From the human T2T-CHM13v2.0 reference genome, Homo sapiens, in the NCBI RefSeq assembly GCF_009914755.1, contig NC_060925.1: a DNA stretch of 64,000 nucleotides, one strand, 5' to 3'. This document shows, in pieces, positions 63,348 through 64,000 of the stretch; the first letter of the stretch is position 1, and the number at the start of each line of letters is the position of its first letter. The translations under genes and the position numbers were made by a program. A model generated the notes under the pieces. That model was not told where the DNA came from and did no database searches. It worked only from the letters and a program-made list of their open reading frames with translations.

Positions 63348-64000
63348 TGGTAGGGCTGTCTTATGTAGGAGATACTGCTGTAGAAACAGGCTGTCTGAGT
63401 TCAGTTGTGATGATAGGATTCTGGAGTGGCAGAGGACAAATGGCAGCAGTAATTGTCTCCCATGTAAGTGGCAGGAATATAGTGGTAATCAGAATGTTTT
63501 GACCCTCAAGAATGAGGTTATGTATTATGGTCTTCCTAGGATTGAAAGAAATGGACAGAAAAAATGTCAAGAAAAAAAAGTCCTAAAAGTGGTGGACTGA
63601 TTTGAGTTCTCTCAATGAAAAGTCAGATTTCCTTACCCAATTTCCAGAAACTGATCCAATTTACTTTTGATCCCACTGAATAAAGAAGCCAGATATCCAT
63701 GAGGAAGGATCCTATGGCACTGTCCCAAGTATGAATTGTAAACTTCTTGTCTCCTTAAGAAAATCAAAGGTATTTGCCAGGGTAATTGTGCACTGGGGAA
63801 AAGGAAATATCTAGACTTTGGGAGTATTACTGGACACTGGTTCTTAGACAGTGTTACCCCTAGGGACACAAAAGGCAACTGTGATCCATTAGTAGAAGTA
63901 AGGACTTAGGAGGGTCAAGTGATACATGCAGTTTTGGCCAGACTCCATCTTGGCCAAGAGGGTTCGTGAACCCATTCTGTGGTTATTTTCCCATTCCAGA

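Overview
Human-like genomic DNA, dominated by interspersed repeats. Human-specific AluYa5 and AluYb8 copies point to Homo sapiens. I find no intact protein-coding gene. Most ORFs in the track come from Alu, L1, LTR or microsatellite sequence. Main elements: a near full-length antisense L1PA5-like LINE (10.2-16.1 kb), an old internally deleted L1MB (33.2-38.2 kb) carrying nested insertions, a two-LTR MSTB-type MaLR, two decayed ERVL gag-pro segments, about 27 Alus or Alu fragments, and L2, MIR, L3/CR1 and DNA-transposon fossils. The non-repeat signals are a regulatory-looking island at 25.6-26.8 kb (strong CTCF motif, (CT)n, Z-DNA tract, splice signals) and a well-formed 82-nt + strand exon candidate at 54918-54999. 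Together they suggest the 5' part of a + strand spliced transcript that I cannot name. I see no convincing evidence of a new biological system. The findings are structural oddities and testable hypotheses. Subfamily calls come from recalled consensus sequences, and boundaries of old repeats are approximate.
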